Source of the DNA: Ancylonema sp.
Lineage: Eukaryota
Assembly: GCA_050230475.1 (NCBI GenBank)
Contig: JBFLGF010000211.1
Span: 1 to 53,421 of the forward strand
Reading direction: 5' to 3'
DNA: 53,421 nt
In this document: positions 48,616 through 53,421 of the stretch, piece after piece
Layout: every line of letters starts with the position of its first letter
Position numbering within the stretch: position 1 is the stretch's first letter
Made by a program: the position numbers and the translations under genes
Notes under the pieces: model-generated
Database searches by the model: none
What the model saw: only the letters and a program-made list of their open reading frames with translations
What the model was told of the DNA's origin: nothing

Positions 48616-50904
48616 CACTACGGAGCTCGTACGAATCTACAAGGCCTCAAACTTAACTAGAATGTTGGATTGATCGTTGCCCTTGACAATGATTCAATAC
48701 AAAATAATATCCTTTGACTCCTTTGGTTGTGTGGCTCATTTTTTGGAGGGTAAAGCAACAAAGAAACTAGAGCGCACACACAAAATTAACTTATCATGGA
48801 CGTGAATGACCGTGAATTATATATCTCACAGTTGGAGTGAACAAAAGAGAGAAGTACGGATCACGCGAATCCACGTTACGTATGCAACTGTCACAAGTCC
48901 AATCAACTAGGAATGTACGTCCGTGATGAACATGACTTATATGAGGTCAATGACGATTACCCGTGATCCGGTTATTACAACAAAACGTGTATTTGGAGCC
49001 ACCATACGACTCGTTTGAATCCTGAAGTCAACTCCATTTCCTCATCAAAGCCCTCCTCGTTCTCTAAATATCCGAATACCCAAATGTCCGTACATCCGTA
49101 CATCCGTACATGTGAAACATTTATTTGGAATAGAAGACGGTGCCCGTTGAGTGGAGCTAAAAGAAATTACAGTCCCACCCGGTCGTCGCTCGTGGTCGAC
49201 CCGTGCCTGCAAAAAAATACCGGAACCGTTTCTTTGTCAACATCCGCATCATATGAGGACATTGTTTCGGCCATATATTCATGTTACTTATAGACGCAAC
49301 CTGCTATGACACCATTCACAATTCGATTGACGGAATGACAAAACAAGAAATGAACGATTGAATTGCTTGGCCATAAGTGTCTCGATTACTCGATATAAAT
49401 AAAATGCACTTCATGACGATAATATGCGCTTCATAAACAAATACGTCATTCATTGGTGATGATGTTCATGCAATTAAGCCGATACACATTTCTTTAACGG
49501 TCATCATGTGATTCGTGGACTTCAAATCCGATTATAAGATTCATGAAAAAATAAATCATTTGTGACGACGTGATTTTTTTTTCCCGTCATACCTACTCAA
49601 GCATCGCTATATCAAATAATTTGCCGGCCGAAAAAAAATGTTCGTAAAACTATAATTACTAAAATAAAATACTAAAAAAACTAAAATTATATCTTAAGAA
49701 GAAACACAAGAGTGGAATCCAAGACAAGACTTTTCTTTCGATGTGGATTTGAATATTATTAAATTTCATCTTAGTCTAAAAATCTCAAAAAAAAACGGGG
49801 TGGGTCTTGAGATTACTTGTCAGCCAATCGACATCGACGAACACGTGCACGCTCTTTGCAGACGAAATACTCTTCAGAAAGGAAGTTGCTACTTCTTTCC
49901 ATTTTATCCCCCCCCCCCCCCCTTCCGATCCAATGTCCAAGCTTTGTTCAAAGTCAAGTGTTTGAAGTTCGTCGTCCTTGGGCTTAAGGAGGGGGATAAG
50001 GGACGGGGCGGGGCGGTTTTCGTTCATGAGATTTTATTTTGGATAGGGATTATCATCTTGATACGTCGTTTTTTTTTAACGTCCAGTTCTTATGCGAAAC
50101 CTTTTCGTGAGTCCCAGAATCGATAGAAAAGAAAGGGATGGGGAACATGAACAAAATGAGAATTGGTATTGTACCCGTAGAGTTGTGCATTGAGTTTATA
50201 TTTGTTTTTTTGCCTAAATTATGTTAATCACAAGGTGCCACACAAAAAAAAAAAAAAAAAAAAAAAAAAAAGGTCCAAATATTTGTTACCAAGAGGACGT
50301 GAGGAGAAAACGAGACTTCGTATCTGTCCCGCAAACTTCTTCCACTTCCGCTGCTCGCCGCACACACCGAGCTGGAACGAAAAAAATATACACGTTTGGT
50401 ATGACGTTATGATGTAGTCCACCTAAATAATAATATAGTTAAGTTGTAGCTTTTGCAAGACGATTATTGCGTTTGAATTACAATCTTTATGTGGATGACC
50501 AAGCATCGGTTGATTGTACATTACATAACCGTTTTTTTTTTTCTTTACATGACCTCAAGGATACGGTTTCTAAGTTAAAACATCCTCGTTTGCAATATCT
50601 ACTGTATATTTGGTGGTTAATCACGAATGTGCGATTTGAAACATGGATTTGAATCGTATCGATATAAATAGGAGCAAAAAAAAAAACATACCGAAGAAGT
50701 AAACAAAACAACAAAAACAAAAGAAAAACCAACAACAATAACATCAACAACAACAACCCACGAGAAAAAAAAAAAAAAAAAACATTACCTGTAGGAAAAT
50801 CTGATCCCAAATGGTTGGGTCCAATATTTATTCGTCGATATTCTTGCCACTAACTCTCGGCTGCGAGAGAGAGGAATCTCCACGTGTCCCGCCACCTGGA
50901 TTTC

Positions 50905-50992
50905 ACGGATCGTACGAATTGTGCGGATTATACGGATTGTACAAGTTGTACGGAGTGTGCGAATCGCACGGATTGTACGAACTGTACGGAAC
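50905..50992. repeat. Degenerate 9-bp tandem repeat (TTGTACGGA-like)
   Basis: About nine consecutive 9-mers visible. Confidence 0.7.
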
Positions 50993-52344
50993 ATCATTGT
51001 GTCTTCAAAGAGTGGTTGGGCTAAGATGGTTATTGCAGATGTGGACATCACGTTTTTTTGTATAAATTTACTCTAAGCGTTATGTGAGGGGGAGGATCAC
51101 AAAAGGGGAGGGTCACTGATGATAACCATTATCAATTTAAATTTCAACATCATCATAACTACCATTTTTTCATTTTAAATATCATCATGATTGCGCGTAT
51201 CATAACCATCAGCATCGTCATTTAACATCACCAGTATTATTCGCATTCCGATCACCTGAAGGTTATTGTTTCCGTTTTTGAGCCCACTCTCTCCGACAAA
51301 AGCTCCCGTTTGGGAATGCCGATTCGCAAAAGCACGCCTACGCACGTGCGTAATCCGCACGTGTAAAATACATGGTCGGTTTGGACAACGCAAGGAACAA
51401 ACATGGAAAACACGCGTTGATAAATTTTGACAATCTTTGCCAAGCACGGGAATTCGTTTTTTTTTTTTTTTTTTTTTCAAAGGAAACTCTTAAAAGTACC
51501 AGTATATACCAATACTTGTGAGTTGTATCATCGAATTTTTGGCAATCTTTAAGATGTGTTTTTTTTTTTTGAGATATATATCAAATACATATGAAATATA
51601 GATATCAAATATTCAATCTCACCGCGCGTGGACACCTTGCAAGAGTTGCGTGTACGCAAACTGTATGCAACAAAGCCCTCGCCGCCCCCGCCCCCGCCCC
51701 CGCCCCCGCCACGTACTTTCCGTTAGTAGTTTTTTTTTCCTTTCTTTTTTCCCCTTTTTTAGTTGGGTGGTCAATATATAATACAATCATCAACGCGTTG
51801 TCACAAATTGTGGATACACGTTCAGGTGCACGCAAACCCCGATACAATACCAAAAAAACGGGGTTTGAGTGTATAACTAGGTCACCACCTTCACCAAACA
51901 TTCATTCAAGTACGGCTCGGTCTAATGATATTTGAATGATTTGAGTATTATTTTGGCGTAGGAATCTCCAACTATCATGTTGATTTAAAGAAAGAAGCAA
52001 ACGAAGCTAACTTGAATATAGACAAACAACAATCATAACAAACACACACGCGCACAAAAAATATACAAAAATATGAGAGGGAAGAGGTGTTTTGAAAAAA
52101 AAGTGCGAAGTCAAGGTGGACAGTAAAATTATATATACATATATAAACAATCACCACGTACATCTATCGACGCCATGCACTTTGAACTCAATCCCGGAAA
52201 GTGTTCGCACAACCATTGCCTCCCCAACGAAACTCCAGATTCATTTTCCGATCGAAACCCGAGTAGCCACTCCGCACGGGTCATCGGCACGGGGAAACTT
52301 TTCAAGGGCCGGAACTGAGATAAAGGATTGGGGTTAGGTAACGA

Positions 52345-52410
52345 AAGAGCCCAAAGCGCCCAAAGAGCCCAAAGAGCCCAGAGATCTCAATGAGCCCAAA
52401 GAGCCCAGAG
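52345..52410. repeat. (AGAGCCCAA)n 9-bp tandem repeat
   Basis: About six to seven degenerate copies visible. Confidence 0.7.
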
Positions 52411-53400
52411 AGCGTATGCCTTATACGCGCGAGCGCGAGTGCGAGCGCGCGTGTACCGTGGGTAACACGAACTTGAAAGCGATATACCGCCGTGGCACGG
52501 AAGTTGCATTGAGTAGCTTTCATGGTTGTGTGCTTGTTGCAGCACTTTAGTGACTATTAGTTAGGGGATTTCGATGGTGTAAATACAATTTAAAAAACTT
52601 ATAACCGATTACGTTTTCGACTCTTGCACATGTTGTTGTGTAGGCATACATAACGAACATAGTCTCCGATCGTGCACTTAAAACATAAGAGCGTAAGAGT
52701 TTTTTAACGACAAGGAAATGTAACACACGTGTGTGTACACACACACACGTGTGTGTGTACTCCCACAACGTACTTCCACGAAGTACGATATCGAGTTCGC
52801 GCGTTTTTCGTTCTTCTCCACAATCGACGGGCTCCGATGGTCGACGCGCAGTAGATTGATTTCCTTGAACGAGTTCCACAACTCCAAAAAATTTTGAGCC
52901 TGATTGAGTCCGAATCGTCGCAGGGTGGTATCTCCAGCCAGGTGGGATTGGATCCGTACTTGGTGACCGGATCAAAGCGGGCGGCAAGCCTCCAATCTGT
53001 ATCCGCCACGTGTATTAAAAAAACATTAGATAAGAGGGGAACGAAATAAAGGGAGAGGAGGGGGGAAATATGTGTTGTATGCAATTGAATTTCTATTTGG
53101 AAAAAAAAAAAAAAAAAAAAAAAGAAGACTCGTACACGAGCTTTCAATCGGCGAGAGTCGTGCGATATGTGTTTTTTTTTGTTGGATTTATATGCTGTAG
53201 CCACAGGTGTCGGTCTAAGCGTTGTATGGTCGAATGAAAAAAGACAGATGTGAAAAAAAAAAAAAACCGATTATCGGATGATGTTTTGGATGCTGCATGA
53301 ACAAAATGCCGAAATTATTGTATATTAGTATATATATGATATTTCCAAAATATGAATATGATATTTATATGATATGCAATATTATTTACTACAAGATAAA

Positions 53401-53421
53401 TATATATATATATATATATAT
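53401..53421. repeat. (TA)n microsatellite at the window end
   Basis: Directly visible. Confidence 0.9.

Noticed and set aside
52900..52950. NAC-domain start (PPGWRYHP)
   Set aside because: Not followed by TDEEL or any later NAC subdomain in any frame I read.

Overview
Intron-rich eukaryotic genomic DNA, probably from a green-lineage organism (plant-type RPN1, a DUF3593 gene, a plant-type tRNA-iMet primer site); the species cannot be named from sequence alone. Host genes: the 3' end of an FF-domain (PRP40/TCERG1-like) gene; a 22-exon 26S proteasome RPN1 gene of 890 codons with one in-frame TGA at a conserved Gly; a 3-exon DUF3593 gene on the minus strand; and a chimeric USP7/UBP12-type MATH + degenerate MATH + BTB gene with an in-frame TAG. 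The most unusual content is two related ~4.3-4.4 kb Ty1/copia LTR elements in opposite orientation. Each has its own LTR pair, a 5-bp TSD, a half-tRNA-iMet PBS and non-CA LTR ends. Both encode only Gag (three zinc knuckles) and protease, followed by a shared unrecognised extension in place of IN/RT/RNaseH. Both also carry a conserved structured module before the PPT (branch point, AG acceptor inside a UUCG hairpin, covarying stems). Several MITEs, intronic minisatellites and a ~750-bp inverted repeat pair around the MATH-BTB gene are present. All exon models and alignments were made by eye.
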